Assembly: GCF_003918875.1 (NCBI RefSeq)
Contig: NW_025767646.1
Location: 620,001-684,000 of the forward strand
Direction: 5' to 3'
Source of the DNA: Haliotis rubra
Lineage: Eukaryota
Length of the DNA: 64,000 nucleotides
A program made the translations under genes and the position numbers. Shown here one piece after another: positions 50,033 to 62,595 of the stretch; positions within the stretch are counted from its first letter, which is position 1; each line of letters opens with the position of its first letter. The notes beneath the pieces are model-generated. The model was not told the origin of the DNA. It searched no databases and saw nothing but the letters and a program-made list of their open reading frames with translations.

Positions 50033-51920
50033 CACTGAGGTTTGGTCCCTATTGGTACTTTCTACACGTGCCCCAGGCAGCCACTGAGGTTTGGTCCCTA
50101 GTGGTACTTGCTACACGTGCTCCAGGCAGCCACTGAGGTTTGGTCCCTAGTGGTACTTGCTACACGTGCTCCAGGTAGCCATTGAGGTTTGGTCCCTAGT
50201 GGTACTTGCTACACGTGCCCCAGGCAGCCATTGAGGTTTGGTCCCTAGTGGTACTTGCTACACGTGCCCCAGGCAGCCATTGAGGTTTGGTCCCTAGTGG
50301 TACTTGCTACACGTGCCCCAGGCAGCCACTGAGGTTTCGTCCCTAGTGGTACTTTCTACACGTGCCCCAGGCAGCCACTGAGGTTTGGTCCCTAGTGGTA
50401 CTTGCTACACGGGCCCCAGGCAGCCATTGAGGTTTTGTCCCTAGTGGTACTTTCTACACGTGCCCCAGGCAGCCATTGAGGTTTGGTCCCTAGTGGTACT
50501 TGCTACACGTGCCCCAGGCAGCCATTGAGGTTTGGTCCCTAGTGGTACTTTCTACACGTGCTCCAGGCAGCCATTGTGGTTTGGTCCCTAGTGGTACTTG
50601 CTACACGTGCTCCAGGCAGCCATTGAGGTTTTGTCCCTAGTGGTACTTGCTACACGTGCTCCAGGCAGCCACTGAGGTTTCGTCCCTAGTGGTACTTGCT
50701 ACACGTGCTCCAGGCAGCCGTTGAGGTTTGGTCCCTAGTGGTACTTTCTACACGTGCTCCAGGCAGCCATTGAGGTTTGGCCCCTAGTGGTACTTCCTAC
50801 ACTCGCCCCAGGCAGCCACTGAGGTTTTGTCCCTAGTGGTACTTGCTACACGTGCCCCAGGCAGCCATTGAGGTTTGGTCCCTAGTGGTACTTTCTACAC
50901 GTGCTCCAGGCAGCCATTGAGGTTTGGTCCCTAGTGGTACTTGCTACACGTGCTCCAGGCAGCCATTGAGGTTTGGTCCCTAGTGGTACTTGCTACACGT
51001 GCCCCAGGCAGCCACTGAGGTTTGGTCCCTAGTGGTACTTCCTACACTCGCCCCAGGCAGCCACTGAGGTTTGGTCCCTAGTGGTACTTGCTACACGTGC
51101 CCCAGGCAGCCATTGAGGTTTGGTCCCTAGTGGTACTTGCTACACGTCCCAGGCAGCCATTGAGGTTTTGTCCCAAGTGGTACTTGCTACACGTGCCCCA
51201 GGCAGCCATTGAGGTTTGGTCCCTTGTGGTACTTTCTACACATGTCCCAGGCAGCCTCTGAGGTTTGGTCCCTTGTGGGTACTTCCTACACGTGCTCCAG
51301 GGAGCCACTGAGGGTTTTTTCTCCCTTGTGGGTACTTCCTACACGTGCTCCAGGCAGCCACTGAGGTTTTGTCCCTTGTGGGTACTTCATACACGTGCTC
51401 CAGGGAGCCACTGAGGTTTTGTCCCTTGTGGGTACTTCCTACACGTGCTCCAGGCAGCCATTAAGGTTTGGTCCCTTGTGGTACTTTCTACACATGTCCC
51501 AGGCAGCCTCTGAGGTTTGGTCCCTAGTGGTACTTGCTACACGTGCTCCAGGCAGCCATTGAGGTTTGGTCCCTAGTGGTACTTCCTACACGTGCTCCAG
51601 GGAGCCACTGAGGGTTTTTTCTCCCTTGTGGGTACTTCCTACACGTGCTCCAGGGAGCCACTGAGGGTTTTTTCTCCCTTGTGGGTACTTCCTACACGTG
51701 CTCCAGGGAGCCACTGAGGTTTTGTCCCTTGTGGGTACTTCCTACACGTGCTCCAGGCAGCCACTGAGGTTTTGTCCCTTGTGGGTACTTCCTACACGTG
51801 CTCCAGGCAGCCACTGAGGTTTTGTCCCAAGTGGTACTTCCTACACGTGCCCCAGGCAGCCATTAAGGCTGTGTCCCATATTGATACTTTCTACACGTGC
51901 CCTAGACAGTCATTGAGGTT
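50033..51920. repeat. 49-bp minisatellite, about 38 units
   Basis: Unit ca(c/t)tgaggtttggtccctagtggtacttgctacacgtgc(t/c)ccaggcagc; 50-52-bp variants at the right end. Confidence 0.98.
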
Positions 51921-52164
51921 TCTGACCCAGCCGCGAACGAGTTTGGCACAATGGTGTTACTTTCTTCGCGTTCTCACGACAGTCATTTATGCTTGGGTTG
52001 AAGTTTGGTTTCAAGTAATTTCTCTCTACCCACACACCCTACTCAGCCATTGAAGACTGGTGTCAGCTATTTTCATTCCATCCACATTCCATCCAACCAA
52101 CGAGGTTCATTATGTGTTACACCTTATAGTGAGGTATTGACGACTTCACTGCCCAATATACGAG

Positions 52165-52507
52165 GACCGCCTCCGTGGTGTAGTGGTTAGAGCGTCCACC
52201 CGGAGAGCGGAAGGTCGCGGGTTCGATCATACCAAAAGACGTTAAAATATGGTACTTGTTGGTCCCTGCCTGGCGCTCGGCATTTATTGGTACAACAAGG
52301 ACTGGTCGGCTCGGAGTTAGTATAATGTGTCTGAGTAGGGTATTCATGCTTCACTACGGCATGGTACCTCAGTGAGCTAGCACTATAAAACCAGCTTAAT
52401 TCTGGGCTAGTACAAGCAGCCGCACGTACACATACACACGCATACACGTCGTCATATGAGCGAAATATTCTCCAGCGCGACGTTAAACCCAATTTCACTT
52501 CACCTCA
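52165..52507 (+). mobile_element. SINE family C with a short deletion after the B box
   Basis: Colinear with the 37629 copy; caatatacgag / caatatacaag flanks. Confidence 0.92.
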
Positions 52508-52964
52508 CAATATACAAGACAATAGACGTAGGTAAAGCACGGTGTTTATTTCCACCTGAAGCTGAACCTTCGTATCGCAGTGGCACAAAACAACCTTAAC
52601 ACACCTGCCGGAAATTTGATGACGACGAACGTTTGGCCACACCTTCATTACACAATTCTCATGTCTTCCAGCCCAGCCCCGAGGCCGATACGCCTTCAGA
52701 GGGCACCTGCGTGACCTAAGACACGTCAAGCCCTCCAACAGGACCATGTATGCCTCTATAGTGTTGGGGTAGATAGACGTCAAAGTCAACACAGTCAGCT
52801 AATTGTGACACCTCATTTGGGATTCATGCCAACCGGCCGCAGTAGTGGTGTCCAAGGGTGTCTTCATTCAAGTCGGCTTGTGAACAGGCAAATGGTTAAA
52901 GATCACAAATCGGTATTTGCGACAGATTTAGTTTTCGAATTTGCTTTGGTTTCATTTGTATCAC

Positions 52965-53134
52965 GGGGCGGTGGGGTAGCCTAGTGGTTAAAGCGTTGGC
53001 TCGTCACGCCGAAGACCCGGGTTCGAATCCCCACAAGAGTACAATGTGTGAAGCCCATTTCTGGTGTTCCCCGCCGTGATGTTGCTGGAATATTGCTAAA
53101 AGCGGCGTAAAACCAAACTCAGTCAGTCAGTCAG
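52965..53134 (+). mobile_element. SINE family A, near consensus, (agtc)n tail
   Basis: 15-bp TSD tcatttgtatcacgg (52952-52966 / 53135-53149). Confidence 0.95.
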
Positions 53135-54116
53135 TCATTTGTATCACGGTGTGTCCGCTAATGTTGGGTGAAAGATGCACGCCGTAGATAGTAAGCATGT
53201 CCCTTCCGCCAGTCAGATAGCCTTGAAGATCCGGGTTAGAATTAGTCATCAGCAACCCAACGCTTGTCGTAAGAGGCGACTAACGGGATCGGGTGGTCAG
53301 GCGCGCTGACTTGGTTGACATTGCGTAGATCGAGGCCCATGCTGTTGATCACTGGATTGTCTGGTCCTGACTCGATTAATTACAGACAGCTGCCATATAG
53401 CTGGAATATTGCTGAGTGCGGCGTAAACAACAAACAACTACAGCTAACTCGCTCACTCCTGAAAGATCGACGTACCGTGATAAAACTGAAATAGTGTTTA
53501 AAACGACGTAATGACTAAACCTTTAACTCTTTTAAACGTATCCCTCGACGTATTTCCTGTGTTAGACTTACACACGCCTGTAAGGTAATAATAAATATTA
53601 TATTTAAATAAGAACACATAAAAAACCAAACTCAGTCAGTCAGTCAGTCATTTGTATCACGGTGTGTCCGCTAATGTTGGGTGAAAGATGCACGCCGTAG
53701 ATAGTAAGCATGTCCCTTCCGCCAGTCAGATAGCCTTGAAGATCCGGGTTAGAATTAGTCATCAGCAACCCACGCTTGTAGTAAGAGGCGACTAACGGGA
53801 TCGGGGGGTCAGGCGCGCTGACTTGGTTGACATTGCGTAGATCGAGGCCCATGCTGTTGATCACTGGATTGTCTGGTCCTGACTCGATTAATTACAGACA
53901 GCTGCCATATAGCTGGAATATTGCTGAGTGCGGCGTAAACAACAAACAACTACAGCTAACTCGCTCACTCCTGAAAGATCGACGTACCGTGATAAAACTG
54001 AAATAGTGTTTAAAACGACGTAATGACTAAACCTTTAACTCTTTTAAACGTATCCCTCGACGTATTTCCTGTGTTAGACTTACACACGCCTGTAAGGTAA
54101 TAATAAATATTATATT
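53109..54116. repeat. 513-bp near-identical tandem duplication, each copy carrying a SINE B (53221-53457, 53734-53970)
   Basis: tcatttgtatcacgg at 53135 and 53648; very few differences. Confidence 0.92.
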
Positions 54117-55053
54117 CAAATGATAATTCCTAAGAACATATAAATAATAACACACCATCCCTCTTGGTCTAACAACTGGCTTCCTTAATCAAGGCTTGCC
54201 TCTTTAAAAGATGTAATTACATTCCGTCCATGGGCATAACATTCAGTATCGCCTTGCAGCAAGGCTATTCCTGTGTCTCCCCGTATCCCAGACTAATCCC
54301 TTAGACCCAATCAACATAGCATTTACCCTATGTCGTGACCGTCACTTATGATTGTAATACGATATTGAAACTGTTTGATCAGTGTGTTGGTTTGGTACCA
54401 ATCACGGTTTCCTTGAAAGGTCACCATTAAATCCTTTCTAGGCAGGGGTCTAAAATCACTCCCAAATATCAAAGCAGCTAAGTCCAGTTGTTGACAAATA
54501 TAAGTGGATTCGTGCCCACTTCACACTCCGGCCTCTTGACGCGATAATGAAATCGACATGACACCATGGGTCGCCTACAGCTTTCAAACACCTCCAACTA
54601 CAATCTGCACAGAACTCGCTAAAATAGAGAGAGTCCGGTTTTCTGTTGTGTCGCCGCCCTGGATCTCTTTGAACAGTAATGCTTGATCTGCCTTTGCTTT
54701 CAGATAAACCTTAATTCCTTTTACATAAAAATCAAAGTCGTGTCGAATAAAAGTGGAAATGGCTTTGATCCACTTTCAGCAATATATCAGCAACTCACGG
54801 TGGGGTTCCGGTATTTCGTCAGCGTAAGACAAGAAGCACTGACCATGCATGCAACGCAATGGTAGACGATAGCCTGGTGGGTAATGTGTTCACCAGGCGG
54901 GATACTATTGTTCGAATCCATAACGTGTATACTATTTGAAACCCCGCCTCGTACTATGCTGTAATATCACCTTATAAATAGCTCAGCGATGTAATACGAT
55001 TGCCATGATGAAGTTCACTCAGTCATGGCGCCGAAAGCGTCTCAGAAACGCGT

Positions 55054-55212
55054 GTATGTATGTATGTATGTATGTATGTATGTATGTATGTATGTATGTA
55101 TGTATGTATGTATGTATGTATGTATGTATGTATGTATGTATGAGTATGTGGGTGTGTGTGTGCTGTGCGTATGTGTGTGTGCAAGTGTGTACGTATGTAT
55201 GTGAGAGAGAAG
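55054..55212. repeat. (TATG)n about 22 units, grading into (TG)n and (GA)n
   Basis: Direct reading; abuts the gap. Confidence 0.97.
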
Positions 55213-55352
55213 NNNNNNNNNNNNNNNNNNNNNNNNNNNNNNNNNNNNNNNNNNNNNNNNNNNNNNNNNNNNNNNNNNNNNNNNNNNNNNNNNNNNNNNN
55301 NNNNNNNNNNNNNNNNNNNNNNNNNNNNNNNNNNNNNNNNNNNNNNNNNNNN
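55213..55352. other. Assembly gap (140 N)
   Basis: N run. Confidence 1.
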
Positions 55353-55754
55353 TCTAATTTCGCGAGAAACTACATTCGTATCATACTCGACCCTGCCATT
55401 CAAGCGTTTGATAGAGATATACAATTCAAACACGGTAAGACTCTGGGTTTTCAAATACTTACTCGTTTTGACAGTCTGCCTGGGGGCCTAATGTCCTTGA
55501 CAGACTGTCCATTTCTATTTTACATGCTTGGACAATTGTACATTTCCCAACGCACGTCAAGGATTCTACATCAGAGTAGGCTTAAAGACCCCCTACTGTA
55601 ATTTCGATCAATTTCACTGAATCTCGTGGTCCGTCTTTTACTGTGTCATTACCCGTCGCGTATGGGATAGATTTCGGTGTGATCCGGTGAATTGTTCCGT
55701 GTTTGATTACAGGTGAGCGTCCAGCGTCCTGCGGGTAGCTGGTTGAGCTGATGG

Positions 55755-55872
55755 TCAGTAAGATTGACCGCAGCAGTTGGTCTTTATCTGTGGTACGTTT
55801 ATCGGAAGACTGTTCATCTGGAACTGACTTCGCCTCAGCTCATGGTGAGATTCTGGATCAAGTGGCGTCAGT
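55755..55872 (-). CDS. Candidate terminal coding exon (LTPLDPESHHELRRSQFQMNSLPINVPQIKTNCCGQSY*)
   Basis: Pyrimidine-rich acceptor tttcctgttgtctatag; only one frame stays open; unique sequence; no homology recognised. Confidence 0.3.
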
Positions 55873-56058
55873 CTATAGACAACAGGAAATGCATTAGAAG
55901 ATGTTCATTTCTAAAGTTTCGTACTTAATTTGTTTCGGTGTTTGTCGTGATAGATCTATTATGAAATCATTCTGTATTTAGAGTTTGCTAAAAAGTGTGT
56001 GTAAATATATTGCATCAGTTTAAAACAGGATATTCAGCTACCAGCTACATATTGTAGG

Positions 56059-56302
56059 GACCCTTTAAGATCCGGGTTAGAATTGGTCTTCAACAACCCA
56101 TGCTTGTCGTAAGAGGCGACTAACGGGATCGGGTGGTCAGGCTCGCTGATGTGGTTGGCACATGTTATCGTACCCCAATTGCGTAGATCGATGCTCATGC
56201 TGTTGATCGCTGGATTTTCTGGTCCGGACTCGATTATTTACAGAGCGCCGCCATATAGCTGGAATATTGCGGACTGAGGCGTTGAACAAAATACAAACAA
56301 AA
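56059..56302 (+). mobile_element. SINE family B, full-length
   Basis: acatattgtagg / acatattttagg flanks. Confidence 0.92.
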
Positions 56303-56415
56303 CATATTTTAGGAAAGCCCACATTGACACAGGATTGACTTCAGTAAATGTACAGTCCTAATCAAGTTAACAAATCAGGGTTCATGTCCCGATCTGCGGA
56401 TCCTGGTTCTGATAA

Positions 56416-56640
56416 GGGGCGATATCGCAGTGACAGATTAAACCACTGAATCCAAGTCAAAGCCCTGTTCGCTCCGATTATGTTTCAAGGTTTTCTCCGC
56501 ACCATACCTATCTTGGTGAGTTTCACCGCTGTAGTAAACGTGTAAGACGTATACTTTACCTCAGGGTTTCCTCCCACGGCAAGCTTACATGACACGTCAC
56601 GATACATCAAAGCACCGTTAAACCCCCTCACTCACTCACT
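56416..56640 (+). mobile_element. Divergent SINE, possibly V-domain-like
   Basis: ggttttctccg..ggtttcctccca motifs and cgttaaacc..(actc)n tail. Confidence 0.45.
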
Positions 56641-56947
56641 GATGAGGTAGATGCGGGTCGCGATGACTCATAACAACATGTTTTCACGTGAATAAGGGAA
56701 ATAATATACCTGCTGTTCTCAATAAAATATAAGAAGCGGTTGGAGAAAACAAACATTAACTATTGTGAAAGACCCGGATTCGCACCACACAGTTTTTGTG
56801 GCCCATTCTCGGGTCCCCCGTCATGATATTGCCGGAATATTGCTAAAGATATCGTCAACACCAACCAACACCATCACAACTTTAACCCAATGTCATTTTC
56901 ATTCATTACAACCGGTTTCAATAAATACAAATATGATTTTACATTGA

Positions 56948-57090
56948 ACCCTTGAAGGTCCGGGTTAAAACTGGTCTTCAGTAACCCATGCTTGTCGTAA
57001 GAGGCGACTAACGGGATCGGGTGGTCAGGCTCGCTGACTTGGTTGACACACGTCATCGGTTCCCAATTGCGTAGATCGATGCTGATGATT
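56948..57090 (+). mobile_element. SINE family B, 3'-truncated
   Basis: acccttgaaggtccgggtta to tagatcgatgct. Confidence 0.88.
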
Positions 57091-57215
57091 ATTGCTTAGG
57101 ATTTTTAAGTGTCCAGGACGCCCATACATTGTAACTAAGTCTGTTATATATCTCATCGATGTAACATGAATATCACAACAATATGGTTTTAATGGATTTC
57201 CGTTCTTTTTCATAA

Positions 57216-57365
57216 GGGGGTTGTTGTAGCCATGTGGTTTGAGTGTTCGTCAGGTCGAACGACGCAGGTTCGACTCCCATGATAGTCCCATTGTTTGAAT
57301 CTCAGGTGTCCCAAATGCCATTGCTGCAATAGTTCTAAAAGCGGCGTAAAACCTTTCTCAGTCAC
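57216..57365 (+). mobile_element. SINE family A-like, degenerate
   Basis: gtagccatgtggtt..ggttcgactccc..ggtgtccc..aaaagcggcgtaaaacc. Confidence 0.65.
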
Positions 57366-57589
57366 TTGTTTTGTTGCTTAACGCTGCACCCAACAACAGT
57401 TCAGCAGTAGGTGCGAAAGCCTGTAAATAATCGATTGATTATCATCCATGAAACATCCAGATGACAAAATGAACCAGACTTTACCACCCAGTTAATTTAG
57501 TCGCTTCGTGCGACAACCAGAGATAAAAAGCGACCATTTCTAATCCGGAATTCCTCCTGGGCGGTTGTTATAGGAAGGAGCTCGAGGAG

Positions 57590-57833
57590 GGTTGGTTGGT
57601 TTGTTGTTTAACGCCGCACTCAGCAATATTCCAGCTATATGGCGGCGGTCTGTAAATGATCGAGTCAGGACCAGACAATCCAGTGATCAACAGCATGAGC
57701 ATCGATTTACGCAATTGGGGTACGATGACATGTGTCAACCAAATCAGCGAGCCTGACCACCCGATCCCGCAAGTTGCCTCTTACGACAAGCCTGGGTTAC
57801 TGAAGACCAATTCTAACCCGGATGTTCAAGGGT
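57590..57833 (-). mobile_element. SINE family B, full-length
   Basis: Complete head, body and (aacc)n tail. Confidence 0.93.
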
Positions 57834-58527
57834 AGATTTACAGGAGGGGTATGCACACTTCCCTCTGAATGCAAGCGGCTAAAGTTACCGTCAGTGCACC
57901 TGACAATATTCTCGGTGCATGTGGACTGACGCTCTGCACAGGTAAACAGGTCGAGAGTTGTGACAAAACAACCTGGTGTGGTTGTCTGTCCATACTAATA
58001 CTTCATTGGATCCCAACTATTAGTTCACGATGGAAACGTCTAATACGATAAAACAGGCATCTCAAACACGACCTCAGATATTTAGCAATGGGCGTTTTTA
58101 TCTTGAACACAGAGAGCCCTGGATTAAATAATTACAAGTGTTAAATGTTGCGTCCTTGGCAGTTCCTGTTCAAGGAGTTCTTGACTGACAACCTTCTCAA
58201 TTTTCCTTTCCGCCCAGCCCTGACTGTAATGCCAAGCTCTAATTGAAACAACTCTAGATTATCCACGGGTTCTGAATCTCCCATCAAAAGATTCCTTGTC
58301 AATTTAAATGGAGTTGTATGTTTCTGAAGGAAAAGAAGGAAATAAGTGAAGAATTAGTTTTAGCATCATCAAGAGTACCTGCACATAGTCTTTCAAATGC
58401 GCAGGAGGGCGTCTGTCTCATGAGACGACCGCTTCTGCCTGTTTCCGAGTCCGTCATGATTAACCGAGTGAAGTTCCTACTGTTGTCGCACAGACAAAGG
58501 TGTCCTTATTTCAACGGAATTACGTAC

Positions 58528-58550
58528 GTTTGGTAACTTGGTAACGCCTT
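58528..58550 (-). CDS. Candidate 23-nt micro-exon (KALPSYQT)
   Basis: Acceptor tttttcctcattttcatggttccag, donor gtacgt; phase 0-2 fits the neighbouring candidates. Confidence 0.25.
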
Positions 58551-58891
58551 CTGGAACCATGAAAATGAGGAAAAATGACATGCATCTAATGAGCATCGTG
58601 CTTCCAAGGATACAGACATACTGTGTTTTCAGTGTTGAGTTAAATGTAGGTCACGTTTAGATTTGATGTATTTAAGTTAAAGAAGAGATCAGAAATGGAC
58701 ACAACTTGGGTCATGTGTGGAAGTATTCTCCCTTAGTCGATTTCTTTTCTATTTTCGTCCTCAAACAGATTAAGTGTTAACTGTAGTCTTTTAACGTCAA
58801 TGATTGCTACTGTTTATCTAGACGTTCTCGACGGTACAAAGATATTCTCTACTAGCTGATCATCATCGTTAGTATAACCTTTGGTTGATAT

Positions 58892-59139
58892 GACCCGTGA
58901 AGGTCCGGATTAGAATGAATCTTCAGTAACCCATGCTTGTCGTACGAGGCGACTAACGGGATCGGGTGGTCAGGCTCGCTGGCTTGGTTGACACTTGTCA
59001 TCGGTTCCCAATTGCGTAGATCGATGCTCATGCTGTTGATCACTGGATTGTCTGGTCCAGACTCAATTATTTACAGACCGCCGTCATATAGCTGGAATAT
59101 TGCTGAGTGCGGCGTAAAGCTAAACTCACTCACCCACTC
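58892..59139 (+). mobile_element. SINE family B, full-length
   Basis: 14-bp TSD cctttggtt(g/a)atat (58878-58891 / 59140-59153); starts GACCCG. Confidence 0.95.
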
Positions 59140-60449
59140 CCTTTGGTTAATATCATTATAATTATTAATAAACGGATGTACAAAAATGAGTTTGGGCAAG
59201 ATGTGCATAATATTTGCAATATATATTCAAAATATATACGTCGTTTTGTGTTGAAATAAACTTAAGAAGCCAGGTGAGTACTTTCTGTTGTATGTCAGTT
59301 TACATGAGGTTATCGGTATGAAGCAATATACCTGTGCTCATGGGTTTAGCGAAAGTGGTAGACACCAACTTAGTCCTCTTCAGAACCCCCCACCCCGAAA
59401 AAAATACAACTGGCATTTCAACAAATAAAAACATTGTCCCAGGCGGCATTAAATCTAACCCACATCTAAATGTATAGTTGTCATAAAAGTAACATTTGTT
59501 TATTGAAAACATGACATGGATAACAACTTTTATATTTTTATACCACGTATCAGAGCTAATTATTGCTCCTTCATCAGGTAAAAGAGATACTGTAAGTACG
59601 TTAAAATGTGACATCAAATTGAATATATCATCTCGAGTGATATAACACTTTCTACTGACCTACATATAAGTTTTCAATGATAATCAGTTGTAAACTACAA
59701 CTGGCCGGGTCCATCTAAAGGACATAGTGTGATAAGCACACGTCAGAGGGAACAGGATGTTCATTGTATTCGGGAGAAAACAACTTTAGAAATTATTATG
59801 AAACTTATCAGATGAACTAGGATTGATTTATTATGTATACATGTGTGTATATAGAGAATCTCACCCAAGTGTCTTTTGATATCAAATATATCACCACGAG
59901 TTGAAAAAGTTACGAATATCTTGCCGAGGATATTTTTACTTTTATCAACGAGTGTTGATATATTTGATATCAGAAGACACGAGGGTGAGATTCTATTTAT
60001 CATCCAAAATCACTCTTCGTTAGTTTTCAATGGAAAATGTACATCTCTGAATACCGTACTACCACTAGACTTGCAGTGCAGCGATGTCATAGCATTGTGT
60101 CACTTTTTCCAATAATGAAATAGCATCGGAAAAAACACACTAGTTGCGCTTGCAAAGGATATCCGTGGATCAGTGATATTCGACACCCGACCGGGACTGT
60201 GCAAGGTGACAAACAAGATCATGTACCGTGGCTTTAAGAAATGCAATATGAGCATCTGAGTCTAGTTAATTAACTGGATTGAGTGCCAGTGTCATATTAC
60301 AGACTCGTCTCGGAGACCGGCAAACTCATCTGGGAAACGTATGGTGATGCTGATTGGACATTGTGGCCATCGACGTATATAACACATCATAAAAATATCG
60401 TGATGAATAATATCGAAAATAATATTATCTGAAACATCGATTAAAGAAA

Positions 60450-60792
60450 GTCCTTATTTAACTCCCTTTCCTCTAAAATTAATAACTTTCTCAGACTTAC
60501 TGCCACTGAAAAATTTAACCTCCTTTTTAGAAATAATGATCCAAATACTATAGAAATTATTTGCTACCACATGTACATCTTTAAACAAATATAGAAGATC
60601 TGATTGTGCTTGGCCATTATTATTATTATTATTATTATTATACACATTTGTATTATTATATGTTTTATTGCTCATCATATATATGTGATTCATTATATAT
60701 CTTGTTTATGTAGTATTTGTAGAATATTGTCACTGTTTCTGTATGGAACGTTTGCACAATAAATATTTTATTTGATTTGATTTGATTTGATT
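60450..60792 (+). mobile_element. LINE 3' end (RTE-X/L2-like); shorter duplicate at 63579-63786
   Basis: NFLRLTATEKFNLLFRNNDPNTIEIICYHMYIFKQI*, AT-rich UTR, aataaa, (tttga)n tail. Confidence 0.6.
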
Positions 60793-61363
60793 AAATAGCT
60801 GACACTTCATACACTACATTTGTTTGTATAGACACTGTTCTAAATACTAAAATACGTTTAGGATTGAAAATAATGCATTGATTGCTCACACAATGGTACA
60901 AAATGATGCACAAAAACATAGATTTTAAACCCATGCAGTACTTTTTTTATTTCAAATCCTATCCAACATATGATAACAAATAAAAACATTGTCCCAGGCG
61001 GCATTAAATCTAACCCACATCTAAATGTATAGTTGTCATAAAAGTAACATTTGTTTATTGAAAACATGACATGGATAACAACTTTTATATTTTTATACCA
61101 CGTATCAGAGCTAATTATTGCTCCTTCATCAGGTAAAAGAGATACTGTAAGTACGTTAAAATGTGACATCAAATTGAATATATCATCTCGAGTGATATAA
61201 CACTTTCTACTGACCTACATATAAGTTTTCAATGATAATCAGTTGTAAACTACATAATTAATAGTATATTTGTCTTTAAGGTCATATAATATGTTTATCT
61301 CATCCAGGGATCTGACAAGAATGACATTTCGACTTGTGATTGTGCCACTCACCAAAATATTAC

Positions 61364-61483
61364 CTTCGTCAGGCCACTCCCGATCAGTGAGATAAACCTT
61401 GTCCATGATAACACAGATAACCCATGTATATATCCTGGACGATATACTGGATAGGAAGAGTTATGTTCCGTGGCCGGGTCCAT
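61364..61483 (-). CDS. Candidate exon beginning with ATG (MDPATEHNSSYPVYRPGYIHGLSVLSWTRFISLIGSGLTK)
   Basis: Acceptor tatgtcctttag; donors gtaata (exon end 61364) or gtgagt (exon end 61353). Confidence 0.3.
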
Positions 61484-61620
61484 CTAAAGGACATAGTGTG
61501 ATAAGCACACGTCAGAGGGAACAGGATGTTCATTGTATTCGGGAGAAAACAACTTTAGAAATTATTATGAAACTTGATCAGATGAACTAGGATTGATTTA
61601 TTATGTATACATGTGTGTAT

Positions 61621-62007
61621 ATAGAGAATCTCACCCAAGTGTCTTTTGATATCAAATATATCACCACGAGTTGAAAAAGTTACGAATATCTTGCCGAGGA
61701 TAGTTTTACTTTTATCAACGAGTGTTGATATATTTGATATCAGAAGACACGAGGGTGAGATTCTATTTATCATCCAAAATCACTCTTCGTTAGTTTTCAA
61801 TGGAAAATGTACATCTCTGAATACCGTACTACCACTAGACTTGCAGTGCAGCGATGTCATAGCATTGTGACGTCATCAAGTTAATGACGTCATAGCATTG
61901 TCAGGACATTGTACAAAATCTACTGTCAAAACGATATCTCCTAGGAGATATCATATGATCTCACACAAGCAATATCTCCTGTGGAACACAGTTTTGGATG
62001 ATAAATA
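61621..62007. mobile_element. Crypton-like non-autonomous hairpin element; truncated duplicate at 59849-60098
   Basis: ~56-bp-arm imperfect hairpin (61625-61764) followed by IR tatttatcatccaaaa / ttttggatgataaata; no TSD seen. Confidence 0.55.
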
Positions 62008-62499
62008 TTTTTACTTACAACTACGCCAACTTGGATCGTTAACACAAGTATAGAACTAAACGAAAGGCTCTCTTCCGAAACTTCGGGTTGCTTTTTGGTT
62101 ACATTTGAACGTACGATAGGGTGTCAGTGGTTACGGTGTTTTATTATTTTGACTGATGGAAAATTTATTTTAGAATTTTAAAATCTTAGTATGCTGCTGA
62201 ATATGCCGCCCACCCAATAGTCATACCACATCTTGGTATTACGACATATTTGAACCTTCATTTGAGTAACCTTTGTATAGTTACCATTCGTTGGGTGCAG
62301 TGGCTCGGTTCAATAAGCAAGGCCACCTAACTCCTAATCAAACACAGACTGACAAAGTCTAATGCGCGTATTACAAACCGTGGATTTGGTCATTCGATGT
62401 ATTTGAATCTGTGTATTTGTGTGAAGCTTAAACAATTTGCCCTGCATCAGTGACTAGTCCATATAATAAACTTGCCGAACCGTGAACAACCCCACTTAC

Positions 62500-62595
62500 A
62501 TTCACCCAAACCTACAGACTGACATCCGTTGATAATCAGTGCGGGAACTGAACTTTTAAGTTCATAGGTCCGTTCAGGTCCCGTGCACACTGAGC
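62500..62595 (-). other. Candidate 96-nt exon (UTR or phase 1-1 coding)
   Basis: Acceptor attatgttttag and consensus donor gtaagt. Confidence 0.4.

Noticed and set aside
55005-55601. 198-, 143- and 111-aa ORFs
   Set aside because: Made of microsatellite and the N gap.
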